From the NCBI GenBank assembly GCA_963422395.1, contig OY729431.1, positions 2,400,001 to 2,464,000 on the forward strand: a stretch of 64,000 bases of DNA. Direction: 5' to 3'. A program made the translations under genes and the position numbers. Below are positions 19,988 through 30,157 of the stretch, piece by piece. The notes under the pieces were generated by a model, which saw nothing but the letters and a program-made list of their open reading frames with translations, was not told the origin of the DNA and searched no databases. Source of the stretch: Vicinamibacteria bacterium (GTDB lineage: Bacteria > Acidobacteriota > Vicinamibacteria > Marinacidobacterales > Marinacidobacteraceae). Within the stretch, counting starts at the first letter, position 1; the number at the start of each line of letters is the position of its first letter.

Positions 19988-20659
19988 GCGGACCGCCGCC
20001 AGCGCCTGGATCCGGCGGCCTTCGAGCCGGTACTTGCGCTCGAAGTTGGATCCCGCGAGTTCGCCCAGGTCCTGACGCGCCGATACCGGCGGCTCGTAGG
20101 GGTGGCGGGCGAGACGCGGGCGGGCGGCGAGAACCTCTTCGACCCGGGCGAAGTAGTCGGCGTCGTCGGTCACCACATAGAGCGCCCCCCCGGGAGCGAG
20201 TGCCCGCTCGGCGGCAGCGAGAAAGTCCGGCTGGAGCAGGAGCCGGCGGTGGGCGTGGCGCCGCTTCGGCCAGGGATCGGGGAAGAACACCCGGATCGCG
20301 GCCAGCGAGCCGGGAAGAAGCGCGTCGAGCGTCCCGGTCGCCTCCCCCAGGACGATCCGGGCATTCCGCCGCTCCCGCCGCCGCAGCCGGTCCGCCGCGT
20401 AGAGCCAGTAGCGGCGGGCCCGCTCCACTCCGAGGAAGAGGGTGTCGGGGCGGGCCTCTCCCTCGGCGATCAGGAAAGAACCCTTGCCGGAGCCGATCTC
20501 GAGTTCGAGGGGAGCAGCAGCAGGGGCAGCCGCAGGGCCGCCGGCGAGGCCGCGGCCGAAGAGCTGCTCCCGGTCGAGCGGCCGCGCGAGTTCCTCGAGG
20601 TCGAAGCCGTAGCCGGTCGGGTCGGCGTCCCGCCGGCTGCGGATGTGGCTGCGGCCCAT
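19949..20659 (-). CDS. trmB: tRNA (guanine-N7)-methyltransferase
   Basis: Motifs LEIGSGKG, FPDPWPKRRHAHRR, VTD and SNFERKY. Start ATG 20659 lies within ORF 19949..21418. Confidence 0.9.
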   Translation of the reverse strand: MGRSHIRSRRDADPTGYGFDLEELARPLDREQLFGRGLAGGPAAAPAAAPLELEIGSGKGSFLIAEGEARPDTLFLGVERARRYWLYAADRLRRRERRNARIVLGEATGTLDALLPGSLAAIRVFFPDPWPKRRHAHRRLLLQPDFLAAAERALAPGGALYVVTDDADYFARVEEVLAARPRLARHPYEPPVSARQDLGELAGSNFERKYRLEGRRIQALAAVRSADEDDALAGEE

Positions 20660-20684
20660 CCGCCGGAGAACCGCTCGCCGGAGA

Positions 20685-21497
20685 TCAGCGGCTCCGGCGC
20701 TGCGTGAAGAGCCACTCGTAGAGGCCCTGCTCGCGGTACGCCGGCACCCAGGAATCGTGCGCGACGCCGGGATACTCGGTGTAGCGGGGGGCCGCTCCTG
20801 CCGCTTCGAGCGCCTCCGCCATCCGGCGGGACTCGTCGGCGGGCACCCGGCGGTCCTCGGCGCCGTGGAAGATCCAGACCGGAATCCCGGCGACCACCCG
20901 CGCCGTCTCCGCCCAGGGATCCTCCGGACGAACCGCCGCCGGATGCCAATCGGGCACCGGAAGCCGCGTGCGCACCGCAGAAACGCCGCCGCAGACCGGA
21001 ACCAGAGCGGCGAATCGCTCCGGGTAGCGGTAGGCGAACGCCCAAGTCCCGTAACCGCCGAGCGAGAGCCCGGTGAGGTAGGTGCGGTCCGGGTCCCCGC
21101 CGAATTCGGCGACCGCAGCCTCGAGCGCGCCCATCGCCAGAGCCTCGATCTCCGGGCTCCCCCACCAGGCGTCTCGCGGGGACTGCGGCAGGACCACCAG
21201 CGCGGGAAAGTCGGGCTGCTCCCGCAGGACCGCCGGCAGCCCGATCGAGGTCTGCCGCTCGCCGTCCACGCCGCGCTCGCCGGCGCCGTGGAGGAAGAGG
21301 ACGACCGGCGGGTTCGTCTCTTCTCCCGAGAGAACCCGGCCGGGCACGAAGACCTGCCAGCGGTGGCTCCTGCCTTCCACCTCGGTGGTCCGAGAGAGGA
21401 ACCGGCCCGGTTCGGCACTCCCTTCGGGGCCCTCTCGGGAGAACGCCGCCCCGGTCAACAGGAGACCCGGAACGAGCCCGGCGGCGACGAGACGCAT
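20685..21497 (-). CDS. Secreted phospholipase/carboxylesterase-type hydrolase
   Basis: Motifs FLHGAGERG, GLSLGG, WIFHGAED and HDSW. Confidence 0.85.
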   Translation of the reverse strand: MRLVAAGLVPGLLLTGAAFSREGPEGSAEPGRFLSRTTEVEGRSHRWQVFVPGRVLSGEETNPPVVLFLHGAGERGVDGERQTSIGLPAVLREQPDFPALVVLPQSPRDAWWGSPEIEALAMGALEAAVAEFGGDPDRTYLTGLSLGGYGTWAFAYRYPERFAALVPVCGGVSAVRTRLPVPDWHPAAVRPEDPWAETARVVAGIPVWIFHGAEDRRVPADESRRMAEALEAAGAAPRYTEYPGVAHDSWVPAYREQGLYEWLFTQRRSR

Positions 21498-21605
21498 CCT
21501 CGTGGATGCTACCGCTGCCAGCCCTCCCGTCGGCCCCTCCCCTCGGTCCCAGCCGCTTCGGAAAACCAGGTTCGGACCGCCGCCGCGAGGCTAGAATTCT
21601 CCACC

Positions 21606-22106
21606 ATGACGATCGCCGAAGGATTCGCCGTCGAGTTTTCTAGGGAGGCAGCCGCTACCCGCAAGTTCCTCGAACGCTTCGAAGCGGAACATGCGGATTG
21701 GAAGCCCCACGAAAAGTCCATGTCCATGTCCCGGCTGGCCAGCCATGTGGTGGAGTGCCCCGACTGGGGCGTCAGCATGCTGGACGCCGATCATTACGAC
21801 TTCGCTTCCGGCGATTACCAGCCGGGCCAGTGGAAGACGGCAGCCGAGCTGGTCGAAAACCACGACCGGATCGGAGCGGGCTTCCTGAAGCACCTCGAAG
21901 GGAAGTCCGACGAGTTCATGCGCCAGAACTGGCGACTGCTGCATGGCGGAAAGGTGCTCATGGAGATGACCCGCGAAGCCGCGGTGCGGGAGTTCATCCT
22001 GAGCCATGGGATCCACCACCGCGGCCAGCTGAGCGTGTACTACCGGCTCGTCGGAATCCCGGTCCCGGGGCCCTATGGGCCGTCGGCCGACGAACGGGAC
22101 GAATAG
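21606..22106 (+). CDS. DinB-family protein
   Basis: Motifs WKPHEKSMS, LASH and HGIHHRGQLSVY..PGPYGPSADE. Confidence 0.9.
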   Translation: MTIAEGFAVEFSREAAATRKFLERFEAEHADWKPHEKSMSMSRLASHVVECPDWGVSMLDADHYDFASGDYQPGQWKTAAELVENHDRIGAGFLKHLEGKSDEFMRQNWRLLHGGKVLMEMTREAAVREFILSHGIHHRGQLSVYYRLVGIPVPGPYGPSADERDE

Positions 22107-23413
22107 CGGAAACGAAAAGCAGAACCGCGCTCGTCCTCGGGGCCGGGGCGATCGGACTTTCCTGCGCCTACTTCCTCAGGCGCGCCGGCTGGGAAGTCAC
22201 CGTCCTCGACCGGGGCGAGCCGGGGCGCGGCGCGACCGAGGGCACCGCCGGACTCCTGTGCCCGGCCCATTCCCAGCCGCTTCCCGGGCCCGGGGTCCTC
22301 CTCCAGGCGCTCCGCTGGATGTTTCGCCGGGACAGCCCGTTCCACATTCGCTGGCGCGCCGATCCTCGGCTCCTCGGCTGGCTGGCAGGCTTCGCGCGCG
22401 CCTCGACCCGCGCCCGCTCGCGAGCCGGGTTCACCGCCACCTGCGCCCTCTCCTCATCGAGCCTGCGCCTCTTCGAAGAGGTCCTGGGGCGCGGCGACGC
22501 CGACTTCTTCTTCGAGAAGGGGGGCGGCTGGCTGGCGTTCCTGACCGATCGGGGGCTCGCCCGCGGACGGGACGAGGCGGAAGAACTGCGGCGCCGAGGC
22601 TTCCCGGTGGAGCTCCTCGAAGACGGGGCCCTCCGGGAGCGCGAGCCCGCATTCGCCGCGGCGGTGCGCGGCGCGGTCTTCCTCCCCGGCGACGCCCACG
22701 GGCTGAGCCTGGGGTTCGCCGAGTCGCTGGCCGGGACGCTCGGGCGGCAGGGGGTCGTCTTCGAGATCGGGCTATCGGCCGAACGACTGCTGCTCCACCG
22801 AAGAAGAGTGCGGGGCGCCGAAGTGGTGACCGAAGCCGGCGCTCGTGAGGAACGCCTCGCCGACGAGACGATCCTCGCGCTCGGCGCCCGCTCGCCGGAA
22901 CTCGCCCGGACCGCCGGGGTTCGGTTGCCGATCCTGCCCGCCAAGGGGTACAGCGCGACGGTCCGCCGGTTCGCGGGGGCGCCGTCCCTCCCGATCACGG
23001 TAGCGGAACGCAAGATGATCATCACTCCCCTCGAGGATCGGGTGCGCTTCGCCGGAACCCTCGAACTCGCCGGATTCGACCCCCGGCTCGACCCGCGCCG
23101 CTACCAGGCGGTCCTCGCCGGAGCCCAGGCCGCCCTCGCGGCAGAGATCCCCCTTCGGGACGAAACGCCCTGGATCGGCTTCCGCCCCCTCACTCCGGAC
23201 AGCCTGCCGATCATCGGGCGTCCACCCCGCCGGGCCGGGCTCCTGATCGCCGCCGGCCACGGAATGCTCGGCTTCACCCAGTCTCTCGGCACCGGATCGC
23301 TGGTCCGGGAACTCGCCGACGGCACGGCGCCGAGCGTGGACCCGGCCCCTTTCGCGCCCTACCGCAGCGTGTTCGGACGAGCCGCAGACCCTCGGGTGCG
23401 GAGGAGGAGGTAG
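22103..23413 (+). CDS. FAD-dependent D-amino acid dehydrogenase (DadA-like); start uncertain
   Basis: Motifs VLGAGAIG, PAKGYS, RFAGT, GFRPLTPDSLPIIG and GHGMLG. No ATG/GTG/TTG close upstream; in-frame ATA at 22103. Confidence 0.85.
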   Translation: MAETKSRTALVLGAGAIGLSCAYFLRRAGWEVTVLDRGEPGRGATEGTAGLLCPAHSQPLPGPGVLLQALRWMFRRDSPFHIRWRADPRLLGWLAGFARASTRARSRAGFTATCALSSSSLRLFEEVLGRGDADFFFEKGGGWLAFLTDRGLARGRDEAEELRRRGFPVELLEDGALREREPAFAAAVRGAVFLPGDAHGLSLGFAESLAGTLGRQGVVFEIGLSAERLLLHRRRVRGAEVVTEAGAREERLADETILALGARSPELARTAGVRLPILPAKGYSATVRRFAGAPSLPITVAERKMIITPLEDRVRFAGTLELAGFDPRLDPRRYQAVLAGAQAALAAEIPLRDETPWIGFRPLTPDSLPIIGRPPRRAGLLIAAGHGMLGFTQSLGTGSLVRELADGTAPSVDPAPFAPYRSVFGRAADPRVRRRR

Positions 23414-24513
23414 TCGGCGAAGCTGGGAATCCCCATTTCCCAGACCGCCGACGAGGTCTCCCACACCACCCCGAGGTCGCGCAGGCGGGCGAGCAGCGAA
23501 ACCCAGTCCAGAGGGACGGATTTCCGGGCGGCGATCTCCCGAAGGAGCGGCATGAGCTCGCCGTCGCCGAGCCGTCCGCCGCGGCGGAGGATGCGGTCCG
23601 CGAGCGGGGCGAGAGCTTCGGCGACTTCGCGCTCCCGGGCCTCATCGAACCGCTCCTGGTAGAACCGTTCCACGGCGGCGGCTGCCGAGGCGGCCGCTGC
23701 CTCCGCCACCCGGGGGCCGACCCCGGCCTCGTCGTTTCGGGCAGCCGCCTCCCAGACGGCACTCCCGAACAGCTGGACGAAATAGGGATACCGCTGCGAC
23801 TTCTCCACCAGGAAGTCCAGTGCGTCCTCGGCGATCCGGCAGCCGCCGGCCGCAGCCGGTTTGGCCAGTGCGGCGGCAGCGGCGGCAGCGTCGAGCCGGC
23901 CGATCGGAAACCGCTCGAAAGCGCGCTCAGCGAAGGTCCCGGCACCCCGAATCCTCCTCGGTGCGTCCGGCGTTCCGGCGGCGACGACCCAGAAGGGCAG
24001 CTGGTCGGCAACGGAATTCTGGACCGCTTCGAAGAACATTCGGCCCACCTCGGGAGCCGCGGTCTGGACTTCGTCCAGGACGACCACCAGCGGCGGCGAT
24101 TCCACCAGCACCCAGGCCGCGAACAGCCGAGACACCTCCCCGGTGGGAGGCGCCCGTTCCGCAGCTGCGCCCAGGGGACCCAACTGCATACCGGTCAGCC
24201 GGCCCTCCAAAAGCCGGGCGCGTTCTTGCAGCGAACGAACCAGCCGTTCTTCCCTGCGGAGCGCCGCGGCTGGAAGGCGCTCGGCCCGCATCCCCAGCTC
24301 CCGGGCGCGCTCCGCGATGCGCTCCGCCAGCACCGTCTTGCCGTTCCCCCGCGGCCCGTAGAGGAGGAACCCCTGCGGCGGAGCCGTCCCGCCGGCGAGT
24401 TGCCGGAGCCGCTGCTCGGCGCTCGCGAGTTCGCCGTCGCGCCCCGCCAGCAAAGGGGGCATCTGGCCAGCGCCCGGCCGGAACGGGTTCTCGCGCGCTC
24501 CCGCCCGAACCAT
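23359..24513 (-). CDS. AAA-family P-loop ATPase (AAA_16-like)
   Basis: NPFRPGAG..PP.LAGR, Walker A GPRGNGKT, Walker B LDEVQ, and YPYFVQ. Confidence 0.85.
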   Translation of the reverse strand: MVRAGARENPFRPGAGQMPPLLAGRDGELASAEQRLRQLAGGTAPPQGFLLYGPRGNGKTVLAERIAERARELGMRAERLPAAALRREERLVRSLQERARLLEGRLTGMQLGPLGAAAERAPPTGEVSRLFAAWVLVESPPLVVVLDEVQTAAPEVGRMFFEAVQNSVADQLPFWVVAAGTPDAPRRIRGAGTFAERAFERFPIGRLDAAAAAAALAKPAAAGGCRIAEDALDFLVEKSQRYPYFVQLFGSAVWEAAARNDEAGVGPRVAEAAAASAAAAVERFYQERFDEAREREVAEALAPLADRILRRGGRLGDGELMPLLREIAARKSVPLDWVSLLARLRDLGVVWETSSAVWEMGIPSFADYLLLRTRGSAARPNTLR

Positions 24514-24581
24514 GAGCGAAGCCTACCCAGCATGCCCGAGGCACGGGCGAAGTGGCGGCAGGCGGGTGGGGAGCGGGACGG

Positions 24582-25244
24582 CTATCTCGCAGCGGCGGAC
24601 AACCGCCGCCCGAGCACCAAAACCACGACCGCCCCGTACAGAGCGCCCAGCAACGCCCCGAAGAGGGCGCCGAACAAGGGGGTTCCCCCATCGAATCGGA
24701 AGGCCGCCCCTGCCGCCGCCGTCACCACCGCCGCTGCGGCGAACCCCCCGGCGCTGGCGGCGGCTAACCGGCCTGCCCCCGGGACGCACCGCCGCAGGAC
24801 CCCCCAGTGCGCGAGGAGGAAGGCCGCGAGCCCGACGACGACGGCAGCCGCGGCCGCAACAGCAGCCGCCGAACCCGGGGCCCCGCTTCCAGCGGGGGGC
24901 ATCCCCTGGAGCACGGCGAAGGCGGAAGCGGCCGCCGCCGCACCCGCCGCCGCACCCGCCGCCGGCCAGCGAGCCGCCCAGGAGACCCGGCCGCGCAGCA
25001 GCGGCCACTGCGCCAGCGCGACCCCGCCCAGCACCCCACCCCCGGCCACTGCACCGACGACGGCCTCGCCGACGACGGCGCCGAGCGCCCCGTGCGCCGC
25101 GCCTCCCACCAGATAGGAGAGCGGCCGCGCCACCGCTGCGGCAGCGGCCATCCCCGCCGCACTCGCCAGAATCCAGAGGACCCGAAAGCGGCTGCTATCC
25201 AGTCCACCCTCCGGCGCCCCCGCTTCCCCGACTGCCGCGCCCAT
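24582..25244 (-). CDS. Hypothetical Ala/Gly-rich membrane protein
   Basis: Several hydrophobic segments with repeated AQW.LLR-like motifs; fills the gap co-directionally. Confidence 0.55.
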   Translation of the reverse strand: MGAAVGEAGAPEGGLDSSRFRVLWILASAAGMAAAAAVARPLSYLVGGAAHGALGAVVGEAVVGAVAGGGVLGGVALAQWPLLRGRVSWAARWPAAGAAAGAAAAASAFAVLQGMPPAGSGAPGSAAAVAAAAAVVVGLAAFLLAHWGVLRRCVPGAGRLAAASAGGFAAAAVVTAAAGAAFRFDGGTPLFGALFGALLGALYGAVVVLVLGRRLSAAAR

Positions 25245-25368
25245 GACCGCCGCAGCCTACCGCACGGACGAAGGGGCGATGATCAGACCCCTGCCGGACA
25301 CCTCAAGGAAACTGGACCCCGGAAAACGCTTCCCCGCTATCCCCTCGAATCACGCTCACGCTCCCTGC

Positions 25369-28300
25369 TCAAGATCCTTTTCTCTCCAGCGCGGCTTCCA
25401 GGACCCCGAGCGCCACCCGCCGGGCGAGATGCGGGTGGGCGAACTGGTTGCGGTAGCTCCGAAGACATCCGTAACAACTCCGGTCGCAGCCGCAGCCGCC
25501 TGCGACACGATCCCGCGCCCGTTCGAGGACCCGGCGAAAGCTGCGTTCGTCCGTCAGTTGCGCCACCAGGCCCGCCCCGCCGGGAACATCGTCGTAGAGG
25601 ACGACCGCACCCGGAGCGAGCGTCACATTCAGATCGCGCTCGGGTACCGCCACCGCGTCAGCAGCTCCGAGAAGCAGGGCGTAGCCCACCGAGTAACGAC
25701 CCCACCGGTCGAGCGGTTCCGGGAAACACACCTTTACCACATCGGTCTTCAGATCGTGGCCGAGCGAGAACCTGCGAAAGCACCCGGAGCATCGCTGCCC
25801 GTCTGACCTAAAGTGTTCAGACTTCGGACCGGCCTCGTGCTTACCGCACACTCCACACAACAGGAAACCTCTCCTCCCCGACCCCTCGCATAGAACGACC
25901 AATTCTCCGGGAACCGCTTCGCTTACCCCGATCCCGAAGATGTCCTTTTCGTCCGGCGAGCCCGTGCCGGTGAATCCTCGGAAGAAGGGGCGCGTCGAGT
26001 AGAGACGCTTGTTGCGCCTCTCCGGCGCCTTGGGTCTATCCCAAATTTTCGTTTCGAAACCGAATTCCGGCACGAGATACTTGCGGCCGCCCGCTTCAGA
26101 ACTCGGGCTTGTGAAATCCGGTTCTCCCGCTTCGTCGTCGCCGTAGGACCGCTCCCTCGGCTCCTTACCTTCGATCTTGCGGATGCCTACCGACTTCCAT
26201 TCCAGCTTGTTCGCCACCACGCTGCTTCCCGGGGCGTACTCGGCGATCGCCAGCGAGAGATCGCGGGAGAGCTCGATCTTCTCGCCTTCCTGCGACATCC
26301 CGGTGTGCAGTTCGACGACATCCACCGGGAATCCGTACTTCGGGATGACGGCTCGTCTAGCGAGGAAAGTCACCGCGCCTTCCTTGGAGATCGTGCGCAT
26401 CCTGTCATCTGCACGGCTCACTCTCCAGAATTTTCGATCTTTCAAGCTGTGATTCTCAATCCGCTTCATCAGCCGATACTCGTCGCAGACCTCGGAGGTC
26501 GCCTCGGCGAGCCGGCTGTCGAGCCCGGCGGCTCGATCGATCCAGCCTCCGTTCCCCAGGCCGAGCTCTTCGTAGAGGCTCTGCGGGACGATCCTGCGGA
26601 GAGTCTCCGAGAGCCGGCGGTTCTCCTCACAGAAACGTTTCAAGGATTCCGCCGCCGAGGGCTCGCTCCAGTCTCCGCCGACGAGCGCTTCGACGGATTT
26701 CGAGCGGCTGCAGTGGCGGGGGTCCCTGAAGAACGCCGAGAGCGCGACGGCCGTCAGATGGCGCGTCACGATCTTCGGATTCGCGATTCCGAGGCGCGGC
26801 GGCACGACGGTTCCGGCGATCAGGTCTTTGGGATTTTGGAAGTAATGGAGATCGTGTGGCCCCCTCCGGCAGTAGGTGAGCGCGAGGCCGGGCCGTTTCC
26901 GGCGCCCGGCGCGGCCGACACGCTGGGCGTAGTTGAAGGGTTCCGGCGGGACATTGCGGAGGAAGGTCACCTCCAAATCGCCCAGGTCCACCCCGACCTC
27001 GAAGGTCGTGGAGGAGCTGAGGAGATGGACCTCCCCGCTTTGGAACTCCGCCTGCCGCCTGCGCGCCTCGTCGTCCGCGAGTTGGGCGGTGTGCTCCGCC
27101 GTAGTCATCTTCGCTGGAAGATCCTTCAGCTCGTAGAGCGTGCGGTAGTGGTTCTCGGAGAGCTTCTCCATATCTACTGGTTTCAGGGCACCTCGGCAAC
27201 CGCTGCGGGGGCAGATCCTCCGGATGTCGTGGGGTGTGATCCGGGCGCAGGTGCCGCATTCCCGGAGTTCGGGCAGCTCGACGGCCCGTACCCGCAGCCA
27301 TCCCGCCTTCAGCCGAAAGGCACCATCTCCTCCGGCGCGTTCCAGCAGGCGCTCCTCGCTGGACACCTCGTCGTCGTGCTCCCTGATGGCGGCCCATACC
27401 GCCTTCATCAGTCTTTGCGCATCCTCCTCGCGATTAGCACCCTTCGGTAACGCCGAATCTCCGAGGAGTCGGGGAAGGAAGTGCTTCACCAGCGAACTCG
27501 TCTCGCCGCCCCATTCCGAGACTTGCTTTCTCCCGCGCGGAGCACTCCCCGCGAAAGCCGGTTGCCGCTGCGGGCGGGGGCTCACTCCCTTCCAGTCCGG
27601 GAATTCCGGGCCATCGGGCAGCGCGATCGCCCCGACCTCCCGAAATCGGGCCAGGAGGAACTGCAGCAGCGCCGCTGCTGCTTCCGGCGTGAAGTTCCAG
27701 GGCGGGCGCTGCATCTCCCGCGGCGGTTTCAAGCCGACCGGCAGCTGCACCGACCACCGCGCGATCCCGACACCTTCGAGCGACAGTCGGGTTTCCTCCG
27801 TGAGAGCCTCGGTGAGAATTGCCGAATACGCACGGCGCAGGACGGTCTCGGCGGTGTCCGAAACCGCATCCACGCCAGCATCGCGCCGGACGCGCACCAG
27901 CCGGTGCCCGAAATCCTCGACGGACAGCGCGCTTCGGCGAACCGGGTTTGCACTCCCGGTCCAGCAGAGCGCTCGCAGCATGAGGTTTCGGTCCCGAACC
28001 CTGGTGTAGGAGTCCTCGGCGTACCAGGCGAAGAACGCCGCGTCCTGCCGACTGTCCGCGAACGCCAGGATCTTGCGGGCTTCCTTCGGCAGGAGGCCGT
28101 GGACTGCAGTCGCCAGGACCGCGTTCGGTCCGTCGGCGCCGTGCACGATCTCCTGTACCGGATCACCGACGCCGCCGCGCCGATAACCGCAGCGGGCACA
28201 TTCCCTCAGCTGATCGGAGTGACCCGGCCGGTTCTTACCCTTCTTTATCGGGATCGAAGCCTCGCAACCGCAAGCAGAAGCCCCGCGGCCGATCGCGCCG

Positions 28301-29643
28301 CAGCGCCGGCACAGGGTTTCGCGGGCAGTATCGGCGGTCTCAGCAGAAGACGGCAGGTAGAAGTCCACGCCGAAATCGTGCCGGGCCGGATCCCGGACCG
28401 CCTCCACGAGCTTCCCGCCCTGGGCTTTGCCGACATAGTAGTGCTGGCCGCATTCCCGGCAGAGGGCGATCTCGAGCGGTTCCGCTGCCGGCCCGCCTCC
28501 CGGATCCCCGGAGACGCGGTTCAGGACGACGCGGTCCTGCCCTCGGTCGTGGAGCAGGAAGGCTCCCTCGAGGGCCCGGACGAACAGGTGGTAGCGCCGC
28601 ACATCCGACGCGCATTCGGCCTTCGATCCGGATTCCTCGTATTTGCCGAAAACGACTCCGCTGGGTTCGAACGGCTCTCCGAACAGGGTCCCGGCGAAGT
28701 CGGCGACGGCCCGTCGATCGTTTTCGGTACCGCCGGAGGCGATGGTCGCGCTGGTGGCGAGGCAGCGGAACGGTTTTCGCCTTCCTCCTTCTCGCAGGCG
28801 CTCCTTCAACCGGCGGAGCAGCATCGCCATCTCGATGCCCTTCGCGCCGCGGTAGGCGTGCGCCTCGTCCAGGATCAGGAAGCGCCAGTGTTCCCCGCGC
28901 CCTTCGTCGAACAGCGCACTCTCTTGCGGGCGGATGAGGAGGTACTCCAGCATGGAGTAGTTCGTGAACAGGATGTGCGGAGGGCTCTCCAACATGTCCT
29001 CGCGGAAGACCTTCTCGCCGGGAAGCGCTTTCCTCCCGCGCTCTGCTCCGTTTCGGCTCCTGTCTTGCGCGTTCTTGGGCGTCTGTCCGATGTACTGTCC
29101 GAAAGTGAAACGGAAATCGGAACCGGAGTTTGCCAAATCCCCACAGAGGCCGCCGAGTCGGCGGCGCTGGTCGTTCACGAGCGCGTTCATCGGGTAGAGA
29201 ACCAGCGCCCGAACCCCGGGACGGTCGAGCGTCCCGGCGAGGTGTTCCTGGAAGAGGTAGAAGAGGACCGGATAGAGGAAGCACTCCGTCTTGCCGCTCC
29301 CGGTACCGCTCGCGACGACGACATTCCGGTCCTCGAAATGGGCGGCGCGGATGGCGTGCTCTTGATGAAAATGGAGGTTTCCCTTCAAGAGTGCGGGGAA
29401 GAGTGCCTCGGCCTTTTCGGGGAATGTTTCCCGCGCGAGCTCCCGAGCTTCGATCCCCGGGGGGAATCGTCGTCCGTGCTCCGGAAATGGTCCCCGCAGC
29501 AGGTTCTCGCCCTCGCTGCCAAGCGCTTCCCGGAAAGATTGGCGCAGCGTCGGGTCGCGGAAATGGAAACTGGTCGTCAGGTAGCTGACATAGCGGGAAT
29601 GCAGGATATCGACCCAACGGTCGATCTCACTTGGAGTGGGCAT
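25369..29643 (-). CDS. DEAH-box SF2 helicase with Zn fingers and C-terminal DUF1998 (YprA/MrfA/DruE-like family)
   Basis: Motif I SGTGSGKT, Ia [54 protein letters not shown]. Several CxxC pairs and terminal [27 protein letters not shown]. Confidence 0.92.
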   Translation of the reverse strand: MPTPSEIDRWVDILHSRYVSYLTTSFHFRDPTLRQSFREALGSEGENLLRGPFPEHGRRFPPGIEARELARETFPEKAEALFPALLKGNLHFHQEHAIRAAHFEDRNVVVASGTGSGKTECFLYPVLFYLFQEHLAGTLDRPGVRALVLYPMNALVNDQRRRLGGLCGDLANSGSDFRFTFGQYIGQTPKNAQDRSRNGAERGRKALPGEKVFREDMLESPPHILFTNYSMLEYLLIRPQESALFDEGRGEHWRFLILDEAHAYRGAKGIEMAMLLRRLKERLREGGRRKPFRCLATSATIASGGTENDRRAVADFAGTLFGEPFEPSGVVFGKYEESGSKAECASDVRRYHLFVRALEGAFLLHDRGQDRVVLNRVSGDPGGGPAAEPLEIALCRECGQHYYVGKAQGGKLVEAVRDPARHDFGVDFYLPSSAETADTARETLCRRCGAIGRGASACGCEASIPIKKGKNRPGHSDQLRECARCGYRRGGVGDPVQEIVHGADGPNAVLATAVHGLLPKEARKILAFADSRQDAAFFAWYAEDSYTRVRDRNLMLRALCWTGSANPVRRSALSVEDFGHRLVRVRRDAGVDAVSDTAETVLRRAYSAILTEALTEETRLSLEGVGIARWSVQLPVGLKPPREMQRPPWNFTPEAAAALLQFLLARFREVGAIALPDGPEFPDWKGVSPRPQRQPAFAGSAPRGRKQVSEWGGETSSLVKHFLPRLLGDSALPKGANREEDAQRLMKAVWAAIREHDDEVSSEERLLERAGGDGAFRLKAGWLRVRAVELPELRECGTCARITPHDIRRICPRSGCRGALKPVDMEKLSENHYRTLYELKDLPAKMTTAEHTAQLADDEARRRQAEFQSGEVHLLSSSTTFEVGVDLGDLEVTFLRNVPPEPFNYAQRVGRAGRRKRPGLALTYCRRGPHDLHYFQNPKDLIAGTVVPPRLGIANPKIVTRHLTAVALSAFFRDPRHCSRSKSVEALVGGDWSEPSAAESLKRFCEENRRLSETLRRIVPQSLYEELGLGNGGWIDRAAGLDSRLAEATSEVCDEYRLMKRIENHSLKDRKFWRVSRADDRMRTISKEGAVTFLARRAVIPKYGFPVDVVELHTGMSQEGEKIELSRDLSLAIAEYAPGSSVVANKLEWKSVGIRKIEGKEPRERSYGDDEAGEPDFTSPSSEAGGRKYLVPEFGFETKIWDRPKAPERRNKRLYSTRPFFRGFTGTGSPDEKDIFGIGVSEAVPGELVVLCEGSGRRGFLLCGVCGKHEAGPKSEHFRSDGQRCSGCFRRFSLGHDLKTDVVKVCFPEPLDRWGRYSVGYALLLGAADAVAVPERDLNVTLAPGAVVLYDDVPGGAGLVAQLTDERSFRRVLERARDRVAGGCGCDRSCYGCLRSYRNQFAHPHLARRVALGVLEAALERKGS

Positions 29644-30157
29644 CGGCGCGTTCTCCTTCGAACTCCATTTCGATGTAACTCAAATCCTTGCCTCGAAGCT
29701 CCGCCACGCCTGCCTTCGAGCGAAGCGAGAGCAGTCCGGTCATCGTGGCCTCGACCACATTCTTCGGGTTTTTGCTGCCGAGAGATTTCGTCAGGATGTC
29801 CCCGATCCCCGCCAGCTCGATCACCGCCCGCGCCGGGCCGCCGGCGATGACGCCGGTTCCCCGTGATGCCGGTTTCAGCAGCACCCGCGCTGCTCCGAAC
29901 ACCCCCACCACCTGGTGCGCGATCGTCGAGCCCTCCCGGGGAATCGCCGTCAGATTCTTCTTGGCGATCTCGGTTCCCTTCTTGATCGCCGCCGGCACCT
30001 CACGCGCTTTCCCGAGCCCGAACCCGACGCGGCCATCCTCGTTCCCCACGACCACCAGCGCCGAGAAGGAAAGGTTCTTGCCGCCCTTCACCACTTTCGT
30101 CACCCGGTTGATCGAGACCACCTTGTCCTTGAGGTCCGGGGCTCCCGTGCGTTCCAC
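29627..30157 (-). other. rpsE: Complete uS5 (30S ribosomal protein S5) domain within the fusion ORF
   Basis: [102 protein letters not shown]; both S5 N- and C-domains are present. Confidence 0.95.

Noticed and set aside
20660-21418. Apparent large N-terminal fusion on TrmB
   Set aside because: It is an alternate frame of the esterase gene; TrmB motifs start after ATG 20659.
19949-23413. Convergent 3' overlaps (natB-like/trmB, 39 bp; dadA-like/ATPase, 55 bp)
   Set aside because: Such overlaps are common in high-GC genomes where stop codons are scarce; there is no sign of a special function.
25243-25806. 187-aa plus-strand ORF
   Set aside because: It is mostly antisense to the helicase DUF1998 domain and has no motifs.
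29627-30157. Ordinary ribosomal protein operon
   Set aside because: There are no neighbouring r-protein genes and no in-frame stop separating uS5 from the upstream ORF.
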